This document shows positions 48,404 through 56,754 of a stretch of 64,000 nucleotides of DNA, in pieces (the first letter of the stretch is position 1; every line of letters begins with the position of its first letter). The position numbers and the translations under genes are program-made. The notes under the pieces are model-generated. The model had not been told where the DNA came from, did not search any database, and saw only the letters and a program-made list of their open reading frames with translations. Source of the DNA: a virus; the IMG/VR virus record IMGVR_UViG_3300022592_000003, positions 1 through 64,000 of that record, one strand, 5' to 3'.

Positions 48404-49318
48404 ATGGACTTTGAGAATTATGGAGACGTACCCAGCATTACACCTGGGTCTACTTCCTATTTCAGTGCGCCTTCTTCCGAGCTTGATCCAAAGCTCTTTC
48501 AGGGAGATCATCTCAACGCTTGGGTACGTTCCGGCATCCTAAATATGCTCTTTGAGTATTTGGTGAAGTATTACGCTGATCCACATGCTTGGGTGCATGC
48601 TTGGCTTGCAGGCTCTGGAGTCTCCTATCAATGGGAGGCTTCCAGAGAACCTGGCGATCTAGATTGCTTGGTTGGAATTGACTATGTCAAGTTCCGTCAG
48701 AGTAATCCTGAGTTTACCGGCTACTCCGATGTTGAGATCTCAAAGACTTTCAACGAAGGTTTCAATGGGGACCTAATGCCTAAGACCCGTAACTGGGAAG
48801 GCTATGAGCTTACATACTATGTAAACCCACAGTCAGACATTAGGGATATTAATCCTTATGCAGCTTATGATCTCACTGCAGATTCTTGGACTGTATATCC
48901 GGAGCATAACCCACAGCCGCCATACAGCCGTGCATGGGAACAGAAAACCCAGCGGGATGAAGACATGGCCCAGGATATGTTAAAGAAGTATGCGGATGCC
49001 TTGAACGAGGTACGCAATACTGCTAATCCGGCTTATCGTGTAAACGCAGAGCGAAAGCTACGTCTTGCTATGGAGCAGGCTTCAGCTTTCTATGATGATA
49101 TTCACCAGAACCGTAAAGTTGCTTTCAGCAAGACCGGATCTGGATACGCAGACTTCAACAATTACCGTTGGCAGGCTGGTAAGCGTTCTGGAGTAATCCA
49201 GGCGTTACGCTCTATTAAAGAACATAAGACCGCACTAGATACAGAGACACAGAAGCAAACCTACGGAATAGAGCTGCCAGATGCTGCAACCCTAGTCCGG
49301 AGAACTTTGCGTGGCTAA
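48404..49318 (+). CDS. Pol-beta superfamily nucleotidyltransferase
   Basis: WLAGSGVSYQW...GDLDCLV (hGS...DxD) plus a downstream YEL strand. Confidence 0.8.
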   Translation: MDFENYGDVPSITPGSTSYFSAPSSELDPKLFQGDHLNAWVRSGILNMLFEYLVKYYADPHAWVHAWLAGSGVSYQWEASREPGDLDCLVGIDYVKFRQSNPEFTGYSDVEISKTFNEGFNGDLMPKTRNWEGYELTYYVNPQSDIRDINPYAAYDLTADSWTVYPEHNPQPPYSRAWEQKTQRDEDMAQDMLKKYADALNEVRNTANPAYRVNAERKLRLAMEQASAFYDDIHQNRKVAFSKTGSGYADFNNYRWQAGKRSGVIQALRSIKEHKTALDTETQKQTYGIELPDAATLVRRTLRG

Positions 49319-49409
49319 GTGTAAAAACTGTAAGCACCCCATGGAATACGGGGTATGTGAGGTCGAAAACTGTAATTGTATTTGTGAACGCAATTTATCG
49401 GAGGACTAA
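49311..49409 (+). CDS. 32-aa Cys-rich microprotein (not in ORF track)
   Basis: GGAG RBS; MAKCKNCKHPMEYGVCEVENCNCICERNLSED*. Confidence 0.55.
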   Translation: MAKCKNCKHPMEYGVCEVENCNCICERNLSED

Positions 49410-49874
49410 ATGGCTACGGCACTCATCTCAGTAGAGGGAGTAATGAAGACCGAAGGTGGGGACCCGATTCAAGAGGGTATCCGACTCTATCGCATCCTGG
49501 CTGAACACTATCGGGTGGTAATCTGCTCCGACCTATCTGAAGACCTAACAGAGCATTGGCTACGAGCCAATATGATTGTCGGCTATGCCGATATCTATGA
49601 CACTCGCCATTTCTTTGAGGGTCAGGATTTGCGGGCCCGACACCTAGACCTAGCTTTACAGCGGGGTCGAGTAGCTCTATTTGTAGATCCCGATGCGGAT
49701 CGGTGCGCCTATGCACTCTCTAAGAACGTAACTACTCTCATGTTTGCTGAACCTAAGTTTGTCCGTACAACCCGTATGGTCAAGCCTTGGGACGAGCTGA
49801 AGGTTGAGATTGAACGTCAGCGGGATGCCCTTCTTGATGCTCACCTCGGAAGTCAGATTAAGCGGTACGAATGA
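49410..49874 (+). CDS. HAD-fold protein with degenerate motif I
   Basis: ALISVEGVM (in place of hhDhDGVh), PI.EG..LY, VVICS, LFVD.D. Confidence 0.6.
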   Translation: MATALISVEGVMKTEGGDPIQEGIRLYRILAEHYRVVICSDLSEDLTEHWLRANMIVGYADIYDTRHFFEGQDLRARHLDLALQRGRVALFVDPDADRCAYALSKNVTTLMFAEPKFVRTTRMVKPWDELKVEIERQRDALLDAHLGSQIKRYE

Positions 49875-51349
49875 ACATTGTCTTCATGGGCGGTGAAGTA
49901 CCCTCACACAGGATCCTCCTGGCTAATGCCGGAGTTAAGCACATCAGCGTCAACTACTTCAGGTTGGTAAAGCGTGGTCTCCCAAAGACCAAAGACTACC
50001 TACTTAAAGAGCGGTTCCCTGATGACGTCCTCATCTATGTAGATGGCGGCGGCCACCAGATCAATGATCTCAACATGACACAGCGGGAGCTCGAAGAGTA
50101 TGCCGCTGACTACCAGGACTTCATTACTATTAATGAGGATAGAATCCACCTCGCAACCGAGTTGGATGCCAAAGCTTTGGGCCCTAACTGGATCAACCAC
50201 CAGCGTCGTACCTTTTGGGAGGATTTTGGCCTAGAGCGTGCCTCTATGGTGTGGCACTCAGAAACAGGCCATACTGGTCTCTACAACCTCGCAGAGCAAT
50301 ATCTCAACGTTTCTATCTTGGGTGAGTCTATCGAGGACGATACGAGCCTCTCAGCCCGTTCTAGGGCCCTTTTGAGCCAGTTTCCTGACCTGCAGTTCCA
50401 TGGTGTAGCATGTGCTAAGCCAGATAATTTGAGGCAGGTACCGGTAACCACAGCTGCTACCCTTTCTTGGCTAAGTCCTATGATGAGAGGTGAGACAATT
50501 GTCTGGGATGGCACTAGACTAGTCCGCTACCAGAAGAAACAGAAAGACCAGGCTCGACCCCGCTACAAGGCGATCATCGAGAAGGCTGGGCTGGACTTTG
50601 ACAAGATTATTAATGACGATAGTAACGAGGTTACCCGCCTCGCCATCTGGAGTTATCTGCAGCTAGAGAATTCATTAGACAAGCAAAGGAAGCCCATGTT
50701 ATCTGATCAGAGTGATCCACTAGATAGTGCAGGTTCTGCGGAAACTAGGGGTATCAGTCCTGATAACAGAGGGTCTGAGGTGCGGAAAGATTTGACCGCC
50801 CGCAAGCCTGAAGACATGCAAACCCTGCCAGTTTTCGGGGTTACGAATAAGACTATTTTCGAGAAAGACGTTGATGGCAGGGATGTTATCAGGGAGGCTC
50901 CGGTATTAGAGAGCACCCATACTTCCTTCCGTCAGTGCAACACCTGCTTCGTTGCAAGCAATTGTCCGGCCTTCAAACCGAACAATTCTTGTGCCTTCAG
51001 CCTCCCGGTAGAGATTAAGACCAAGGAGCAGTTGAAGGGATTACTCAACGCAATTATCGAAATGCAGGGCGCTAGAGTCGCTTTTGCACGTTTTGCGGAG
51101 GAATTAAACGGCGGATACCCGGATCCAAACACCGGGCAGGAGATTGACCGACTCTTTAAGATCGTAAATGAGGTCAAGAAGTTAGAGGAGAACAAGGAGG
51201 TTCTCCGCATGACGGTGGAGCGTCAAAGCTCAGGAGGAGTCATGTCAGCACTATTCGGAGACCGGGCCAACACCCTAAAGGAGTTGTCTGGAAATGGGTT
51301 AAGTGAAGGGGACGCCAGCAAAATAATCAAAGACCAATTAGAAGGATAG
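49871..51349 (+). CDS. TGT/DpdA-like TIM-barrel protein fused to a 4-Cys/helical C-terminal domain
   Basis: IYVDGGG (cf. hDSGG), FHG, LSWL...RG; C-terminal CNTC.....C........C. Confidence 0.55.
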   Translation: MNIVFMGGEVPSHRILLANAGVKHISVNYFRLVKRGLPKTKDYLLKERFPDDVLIYVDGGGHQINDLNMTQRELEEYAADYQDFITINEDRIHLATELDAKALGPNWINHQRRTFWEDFGLERASMVWHSETGHTGLYNLAEQYLNVSILGESIEDDTSLSARSRALLSQFPDLQFHGVACAKPDNLRQVPVTTAATLSWLSPMMRGETIVWDGTRLVRYQKKQKDQARPRYKAIIEKAGLDFDKIINDDSNEVTRLAIWSYLQLENSLDKQRKPMLSDQSDPLDSAGSAETRGISPDNRGSEVRKDLTARKPEDMQTLPVFGVTNKTIFEKDVDGRDVIREAPVLESTHTSFRQCNTCFVASNCPAFKPNNSCAFSLPVEIKTKEQLKGLLNAIIEMQGARVAFARFAEELNGGYPDPNTGQEIDRLFKIVNEVKKLEENKEVLRMTVERQSSGGVMSALFGDRANTLKELSGNGLSEGDASKIIKDQLEG

Positions 51350-51389
51350 ACCTGATCACAGTGAGAATATATAAGAAAGAGGATATGTA

Positions 51390-53420
51390 GTGTTTTCGTT
51401 TAAACTAGCAGAAGATTTTGTCAGTTCCTATCGTTCGAAGAAGGTCCCCTGGGGTTACCAGGATGCTGCGGGTAACTCCGTAGGCGAGATTACTTTCTTG
51501 CGTACCTACTCCCGTCTTAAAGAGGACGGAACCAAGGAAACTTGGACAGATGTATGTGAGCGTGTCATTGACGGCATGTATTCACTTCAGAAAGACCACG
51601 CCAAGCAGAACCGTCTGCCTTGGTCTGACGTTAAGGCCGCTTCCTCAGCGAAGGAAGCCTTTGACCGCCTCTGGAACCTAAAGTGGACTCCACCCGGCCG
51701 TGGCCTATGGATGATGGGTACACCCCTCGTCAATGTTCAGAAGAACTCTGCAGCGTTGCAGAACTGCTCCTTTGTATCTACAAATGCTATGACCAAGATT
51801 GACCCAGCCAAGCCTTTCGCCTTCCTTATGGAGGCATCTATGCTGGGAGTCGGTGTTGGCTTTGATGATAAGGGGGCAGATAAAGACTTTACTATCTACC
51901 CTTGCGAAGCAGGAGAAACATATGTCATCCCCGACACCCGAGAAGGCTGGGTTGAATCCACAGCCGCCCTCATCAATTCTTACCTTAAGCCAGATACGAA
52001 GTGCCCTGTATTTGACTACTCACAAATCCGACCAGCCGGTACTCCGATTAAAACCTTTGGAGGCACCGCAGCCGGAGCAGAACCGCTAATCAAACTCCAC
52101 AACCATATCTCTAGGATCTTTGGAAGTCGTGCCGGTGACAAGCTCACCCGTCGTGACATTGCAGATCTTGGAAACCTTATTGGCGTTTGCGTAGTATCCG
52201 GTAACGTCCGCCGCTCAGCAGAGCTTCTCATTGGTCGTATTGACGATGAGGAATTTCTGAACTTAAAGAATGCTGAAGCATTCCCAGAGCGTAACTCCTA
52301 CGATCCAGAGAATCCTGGTTGGGGTTGGATGTCTAACAACTCTGTCGAGGTATCTGTCGGTCAGGACCTAACCCCCATCATTGAGGGTATTGCCCGCAAC
52401 GGTGAGCCTGGCGTAATCTGGATGGATGTAACCCGTAAGTACGGTCGTCTTGCAGATCCTGAGAACAACAAGGACTGGCGTGCAGCTGGGTACAACCCAT
52501 GTGCAGAGCAGTCATTGGAATCAATGGAGTGCTGTACTTTGGTTGAGACATATATCAATCGTCACGACAGCCTAGAGGATTTCAAGCGCACCTTGAAATT
52601 CGCATACCTCTACGCTAAAACAGTTACTTTGATCCCTACGCACTGGGAGGAGACCAACGCTATCATGCAGCGTAACCGCCGCATCGGTACGTCAATCTCC
52701 GGTATCGCCAACTTTGCCGATACAAAGGGTCTCCCACTCCTTCGTACATGGATGGATGAGGGTTACAAGGTAGTAACTAGCTATGACAAGAGTTACTCTG
52801 AATGGCTCGGCATCCGTGAATCAATCAAGATGACAACTGTAAAGCCATCCGGCACAGTCTCAATCTTGGCTGGAGAATCTCCAGGAGTTCACTGGACCCC
52901 AGGCGGCGAGTACTTCCTTCGTACCATCCGCTTTGCTAACAATGACCCTATGTTGCCTCTATTTAAGATGGCTAACTACCGCATTGAGCCTTCGAGTACC
53001 GACCCAGATAATACCTCAGTCGTATACTTCCCGATCAAGTCTCAGGCCCAGCGTTCTGAGAAGGATGTCTCTATTTACGAGAAGATGGCACTGGCAGCTA
53101 CTGCCCAGCGTTACTGGTCAGATAACTCTGTATCTGTAACCGTGTCGTTTAATCCTAAGACTGAGGCCGAAGCTATTGGCACCGTACTGCACATGTACGA
53201 TGGTCAATTAAAGACCGTATCATTCCTTGCTATGGATGATACTCTTTATCCCCAAATGCCGTACACCCAGAGTACTGCTGAGGAATATGAAGCAGCAACT
53301 GCAAGTCTTTTTCCAATTGACCTAGCTGGTGTCTACGCAGGTATGGCCTTCGATGCTATCGGAGAAGCGTACTGCACAACAGATGCTTGCGAAATTAAGT
53401 TGGTAAAGGACAATCAGTAA
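51390..53420 (+). CDS. nrdJ: class II (B12-dependent) ribonucleotide reductase
   Basis: PPGRGLW, NC, GNVRRSA, NPCAEQ.L, TTVKPSGT, C-terminal C....C. Confidence 0.95.
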   Translation: MFSFKLAEDFVSSYRSKKVPWGYQDAAGNSVGEITFLRTYSRLKEDGTKETWTDVCERVIDGMYSLQKDHAKQNRLPWSDVKAASSAKEAFDRLWNLKWTPPGRGLWMMGTPLVNVQKNSAALQNCSFVSTNAMTKIDPAKPFAFLMEASMLGVGVGFDDKGADKDFTIYPCEAGETYVIPDTREGWVESTAALINSYLKPDTKCPVFDYSQIRPAGTPIKTFGGTAAGAEPLIKLHNHISRIFGSRAGDKLTRRDIADLGNLIGVCVVSGNVRRSAELLIGRIDDEEFLNLKNAEAFPERNSYDPENPGWGWMSNNSVEVSVGQDLTPIIEGIARNGEPGVIWMDVTRKYGRLADPENNKDWRAAGYNPCAEQSLESMECCTLVETYINRHDSLEDFKRTLKFAYLYAKTVTLIPTHWEETNAIMQRNRRIGTSISGIANFADTKGLPLLRTWMDEGYKVVTSYDKSYSEWLGIRESIKMTTVKPSGTVSILAGESPGVHWTPGGEYFLRTIRFANNDPMLPLFKMANYRIEPSSTDPDNTSVVYFPIKSQAQRSEKDVSIYEKMALAATAQRYWSDNSVSVTVSFNPKTEAEAIGTVLHMYDGQLKTVSFLAMDDTLYPQMPYTQSTAEEYEAATASLFPIDLAGVYAGMAFDAIGEAYCTTDACEIKLVKDNQ

Positions 53421-53647
53421 TGGTAACCGTATACAGCAATCCAAATTGCTCACAATGCGAGGCTACTAAGCGCTTTCTTACTTTGAAGGAGATTCCTTTC
53501 GAAGCTAAGATGCTGGAGGATTCTCCAGAGATTATGCCACTGATCAAGGAGAAGGGGTACAAGGTAGCTCCTGTAGTAGTTACCGATACCGATTCGTGGT
53601 CAGGCTTTAAACTAGACAAGCTAAACGAACTAGCAGAAACCGCCTAA
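53420..53647 (+). CDS. nrdH: NrdH-like glutaredoxin
   Basis: VTVYS.P.CSQC..TKR.L, APVV, WSGF. Confidence 0.92.
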   Translation: MVTVYSNPNCSQCEATKRFLTLKEIPFEAKMLEDSPEIMPLIKEKGYKVAPVVVTDTDSWSGFKLDKLNELAETA

Positions 53648-53655
53648 GGAGAACC

Positions 53656-53799
53656 ATGTCAGACGATCTAAACCCAGACCTATTCGATGAAGACTTCGAA
53701 GATGACTTCGAAGACGGCCTTGATGAACTAGACCTCGATGATGAGGACCTAGATGACCTCGAAGCAGACCTCGCAGATGACGAGGATGTAGAGGCCTAA
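53656..53799 (+). CDS. 47-aa hyper-acidic protein (not in ORF track)
   Basis: AAGGAG RBS; MSDDLNPDLFDEDFEDDFEDGLDELDLDDEDLDDLEADLADDEDVEA*. Confidence 0.75.
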   Translation: MSDDLNPDLFDEDFEDDFEDGLDELDLDDEDLDDLEADLADDEDVEA

Positions 53800-53820
53800 A
53801 AAACGGCCAACACAAACATT

Positions 53821-53852
53821 TGGCCCCCGACTCAATGAAGAGCCGGGGGCCA
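53821..53852. terminator. hairpin terminator at the convergence of the + and - operons
   Basis: TGGCCCCCGACTC-aatgaa-GAGCCGGGGGCCA; fully paired with a G-U on the minus strand. Confidence 0.8.
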
Positions 53853-53866
53853 TTTGCTTGTCCTAA

Positions 53867-54076
53867 TTAACTAGCTAAGACACGACCTGAGTTATCCGTT
53901 AACTCAAAGTACTGAGTGTCCGAGTCATCTATATCTTCATAGCTCTCTAGCTCATCAGGATATGTGTCGCCTGCAAGAAGCTGCTCGTATATATCCTTAG
54001 CATGCTCGGCGTCATCTGCGTCAAATATTAGTGTGCCATTCTTCTGCATACTAAACATTACTCTGAACTTAGCCAT
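53867..54076 (-). CDS. small acidic protein
   Basis: AAGGAGG RBS; MAKFRV...DADDAEHA. Confidence 0.7.
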   Translation of the reverse strand: MAKFRVMFSMQKNGTLIFDADDAEHAKDIYEQLLAGDTYPDELESYEDIDDSDTQYFELTDNSGRVLAS

Positions 54077-54203
54077 TGGTTTCCTCCTTGTATTGGCATT
54101 CACATTCTTTTACATCAAAGTCGTCATTAGATTCCCAATAGACGACCCCCGTACCATGACACATATTACAGGTACGGGGTAGTACGGTTTCCATGTCCAT
54201 CAT
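54069..54203 (-). CDS. 44-aa Cys-containing protein (not in ORF track)
   Basis: CNMCHGTG...CEC; ATGA-coupled. Confidence 0.6.
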   Translation of the reverse strand: MMDMETVLPRTCNMCHGTGVVYWESNDDFDVKECECQYKEETNG

Positions 54204-54466
54204 GCATCAGCCTTCCAGGTCAACTCACCTGCTAGGTGTGTAGGCTTACCAGCTTCATTTGTAGCACCGATAACCATCTTGATTGACTTGCGCGGTGTGT
54301 TCTCAAGTACGTAAGCCTTGAGATATCGCTTAGCTGCAGATGGGTTAGCCCAAGCAGAGTGCATAGAACCATTGCTGTCTGTAACAGTCAATAACCATGC
54401 CCCACCCTTCTCTACAGTTGTGTTCTTAGTTAGTGTTGCTTCTAGTTTCTTAGTTACTTTAGCCAT
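54200..54466 (-). CDS. hypothetical protein
   Basis: AGGAGGG RBS. Confidence 0.75.
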   Translation of the reverse strand: MAKVTKKLEATLTKNTTVEKGGAWLLTVTDSNGSMHSAWANPSAAKRYLKAYVLENTPRKSIKMVIGATNEAGKPTHLAGELTWKADA

Positions 54467-54476
54467 CTGTGCCCTC

Positions 54477-54713
54477 CTAGAGCTTTATATCTTCGTTGAA
54501 GCCGACTTTCTTTAGATCTCGCAAGATGTTCTTGCCAGCTCTACGATCACCCAGAGATTGTGGTCCGAAGAACACAACCTTTCGTGTATCTGGGTTGACC
54601 ACCTTAACGTGGTGTTTACCTGGCGTGATGCTGACTTCCAGGCCAGCTATCTCTAGGGCATCCACCAGCTTGCGTATTTCCTTTGTCTTTATTGGCAATG
54701 ATGCAAATAGCAT
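54477..54713 (-). CDS. HicA-like mRNA interferase
   Basis: RKLV..LE.AG.EV....KHHVKV.NP...D.RA.KN..RDLKK.G. Confidence 0.65.
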   Translation of the reverse strand: MLFASLPIKTKEIRKLVDALEIAGLEVSITPGKHHVKVVNPDTRKVVFFGPQSLGDRRAGKNILRDLKKVGFNEDIKL

Positions 54714-54781
54714 TCCATCATTCCCCCTTTCTTGGTGTAGACTTGGGGCGTAAGCTCTTAAAGAACAGAGTTCACGCCCTC

Positions 54782-54810
54782 AAGGCCCCGGGATTGCGCC
54801 CCGGGGCTTT
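54782..54810. terminator. GC-rich hairpin
   Basis: AAGGCCCCGGG-attgcg-CCCCGGGGCTTT. Confidence 0.55.
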
Positions 54811-55006
54811 ATATTTCTTCGATTGTTTCTATGTATGCTTCCTCATTGGGTCTGTTCAGATCCTTAACATTAACCCAGTTGGCTACATTCCTGTCGTATA
54901 CGCATAGACTCCACTCTCTGTTACTGTCTATAGACTGGTCATCTACTCTCCACTTTTTGATCTTGACTCTGAACGTAACACGTAGGTCATATAGATCGTT
55001 ATCCAT
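54809..55006 (-). CDS. hypothetical protein
   Basis: AGGGG RBS. Confidence 0.6.
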   Translation of the reverse strand: MDNDLYDLRVTFRVKIKKWRVDDQSIDSNREWSLCVYDRNVANWVNVKDLNRPNEEAYIETIEEI

Positions 55007-55053
55007 TTATCCCCTATCTCCTAATCCATTCTAGCGGGATTGTTTGTGTTGGG

Positions 55054-55248
55054 TCAAATTTCAAAGCCGGAGTCATCATAGATCTCCCCGATCTCTGTCC
55101 AACCAGCCATTTCATCCTTAGACCATAGATGCGTCTCATCATTTGAGATGCTGTTCTCAGCCATGGCCACCGCATCTTCACGGTTATTGGCTTCAAGCGT
55201 ATAGTCATAGATCACATGCTCATGGATAGTTACTCTGTATCGTTTCAT
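55054..55248 (-). CDS. small protein resembling 53867..54076
   Basis: MKRYRV.....Y.LEA...EDA..MA. Confidence 0.65.
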   Translation of the reverse strand: MKRYRVTIHEHVIYDYTLEANNREDAVAMAENSISNDETHLWSKDEMAGWTEIGEIYDDSGFEI

Positions 55249-55388
55249 CCCTTTACCTCCCAATCGTCACATACGGATTGAACTGCATCATCTAGATCTG
55301 CACAGAGGAGTTCGATCTCATCCTCTGACCAGTCAGCTACCATCAAGCGTGTTACTTTTGCTTGCCAGACTACTTCGTTCTCAGGCAT
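55245..55388 (-). CDS. 47-aa acidic protein (not in ORF track)
   Basis: AGGAG RBS; MPENEVVWQAKV...WEVKG*. Confidence 0.6.
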   Translation of the reverse strand: MPENEVVWQAKVTRLMVADWSEDEIELLCADLDDAVQSVCDDWEVKG

Positions 55389-55854
55389 TTAGTGCTCCTG
55401 TCTCGTAGGTGAGTATTGCTGCTTCATCGCTGAAACATTCTTCAACGATCTTTGGGTGAACTTCTTCCCGCATTACACGGAAAGAATCTCTAGGCCAGCC
55501 TTGATCCATAACCCTAGTAAGTAAATTAGCTAAGGCATAGTCTGGGTAGGTGGTGTTTGCGTACTTCAGAAGTTGTGCTGCCGCTTCATCCTGCCCTAAC
55601 TCGTAGCGGAACACTGCTTGGATTGTAATGAATGGGGCTAGATCTTCAGACGGTGCCTTGCGACACATATACTCGATAAACTCAAGACTGTCTTCAATAC
55701 CCCACTTCACTGGAGCACCCATCAACCAGTCCCTAACCTGTAGGTCAGAGTTAACGCCTAAGATAACCGCCTCTAACTTTTCACCGTCTAAATCAATTCC
55801 GGTGTTTAGTGTCTCGGTGATTAACTCACATACTAGCTTTCTTGTTACTATCAT
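55381..55854 (-). CDS. DUF4192-like helical protein
   Basis: D.QVRD.L...AP....A...YELG....A...L......PDY.LA.LL. Confidence 0.6.
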   Translation of the reverse strand: MIVTRKLVCELITETLNTGIDLDGEKLEAVILGVNSDLQVRDWLMGAPVKWGIEDSLEFIEYMCRKAPSEDLAPFITIQAVFRYELGQDEAAAQLLKYANTTYPDYALANLLTRVMDQGWPRDSFRVMREEVHPKIVEECFSDEAAILTYETGALNA

Positions 55855-56308
55855 TCTTGCTCTCCTTTTTTACGATGGTACGGAATGTCCTACCGGGTGT
55901 AGGCCATTTGTATGGCAGGTCAGGACGTACACGAAACCGGTACCAAACCGGATCTTTACGTTTGAGGTTAGAACGATGTGACTTGTGGAACTCATCGTTA
56001 CCCCACCACCATGGTGGATCCCAACCTTGTATATCGTGTGTTGCATATAGCTCTTGCAGCTGTGCCTGTACGTTATCTTGATAGCCACGTTGTCTCCACT
56101 CCATGCACATAGCGTTCGTGTACATGTAGAGATAGCCTTCGTGACCACGCCACATTACTGCTGCAGGGTGATTAACCCACCCCTTAGTTAGACCTAAGTT
56201 AGCCCTCAGAATTTGCAACGCTTCTACACGTTGCTTACCAAGTCTCTTATTGTCTAAGGATTTTGCTGTTCTTGTTTGGTCTGGCCAAGGCAGGAATGTA
56301 TTAACCAT
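55826..56308 (-). CDS. pyrimidine-dimer DNA glycosylase (DenV/MSMEG_6728 family)
   Basis: TFLP...LD.KRLGKQRVEA.QIL, HPA..MWRGH, SHRSNL.RKDP..Y. Confidence 0.88.
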   Translation of the reverse strand: MVNTFLPWPDQTRTAKSLDNKRLGKQRVEALQILRANLGLTKGWVNHPAAVMWRGHEGYLYMYTNAMCMEWRQRGYQDNVQAQLQELYATHDIQGWDPPWWWGNDEFHKSHRSNLKRKDPVWYRFRVRPDLPYKWPTPGRTFRTIVKKESKNDSNKKASM

Positions 56309-56385
56309 TAGTCCTCCTTAGGCTCTATACACTTGTGGTATTCCCACAAGCCTTGTTTCATGTGATCTCCACACCAATTGCACAT
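56308..56385 (-). CDS. 25-aa micro-ORF (CxxC...H.C)
   Basis: GGAGG RBS; TAATG-coupled at both ends. Confidence 0.5.
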   Translation of the reverse strand: MCNWCGDHMKQGLWEYHKCIEPKED

Positions 56386-56543
56386 TATTCCTCCAATAGC
56401 ATTGGGATTAGATCTTCTGCATCATGTTTGATGAGTAGGTTGCGTACGGTCTCTTTGTTCTTAGCGTAGAGATCGTCCTCTCGTTGTTTAAGCATCTCAC
56501 TCAGCCATGTGGCTGGGTCATCCTGTCTTAAACGGTTGTTCAT
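56385..56543 (-). CDS. 52-aa hypothetical protein (not in ORF track)
   Basis: ATGA and TAATG coupling. Confidence 0.6.
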   Translation of the reverse strand: MNNRLRQDDPATWLSEMLKQREDDLYAKNKETVRNLLIKHDAEDLIPMLLEE

Positions 56544-56731
56544 GCTTGACCTACAAGCACGATGTGGTTATCTTGGGCCCACTCTTCAGGTTCAGATACA
56601 GATTCGATGGTGAGGTTTTCCCCACCATCGGCTAGTTCATCTGACGCATACAAGAGCCACATCTGGGCGCTCTCGTAATCGTTGAATGGTCCTATCAACG
56701 TCTCAGTGAGACTGTCGTATATGACATGCAT
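56540..56731 (-). CDS. hypothetical protein
   Basis: GGAG RBS. Confidence 0.7.
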   Translation of the reverse strand: MHVIYDSLTETLIGPFNDYESAQMWLLYASDELADGGENLTIESVSEPEEWAQDNHIVLVGQA

Positions 56732-56754
56732 TTTGACTCCATTGTTTGTGTTGG

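Noticed and set aside
51390-53420. Inteins or introns in nrdJ, polA, dnaB or recA
   Set aside because: Lengths are normal, frames are continuous, and no intein splice motifs were seen
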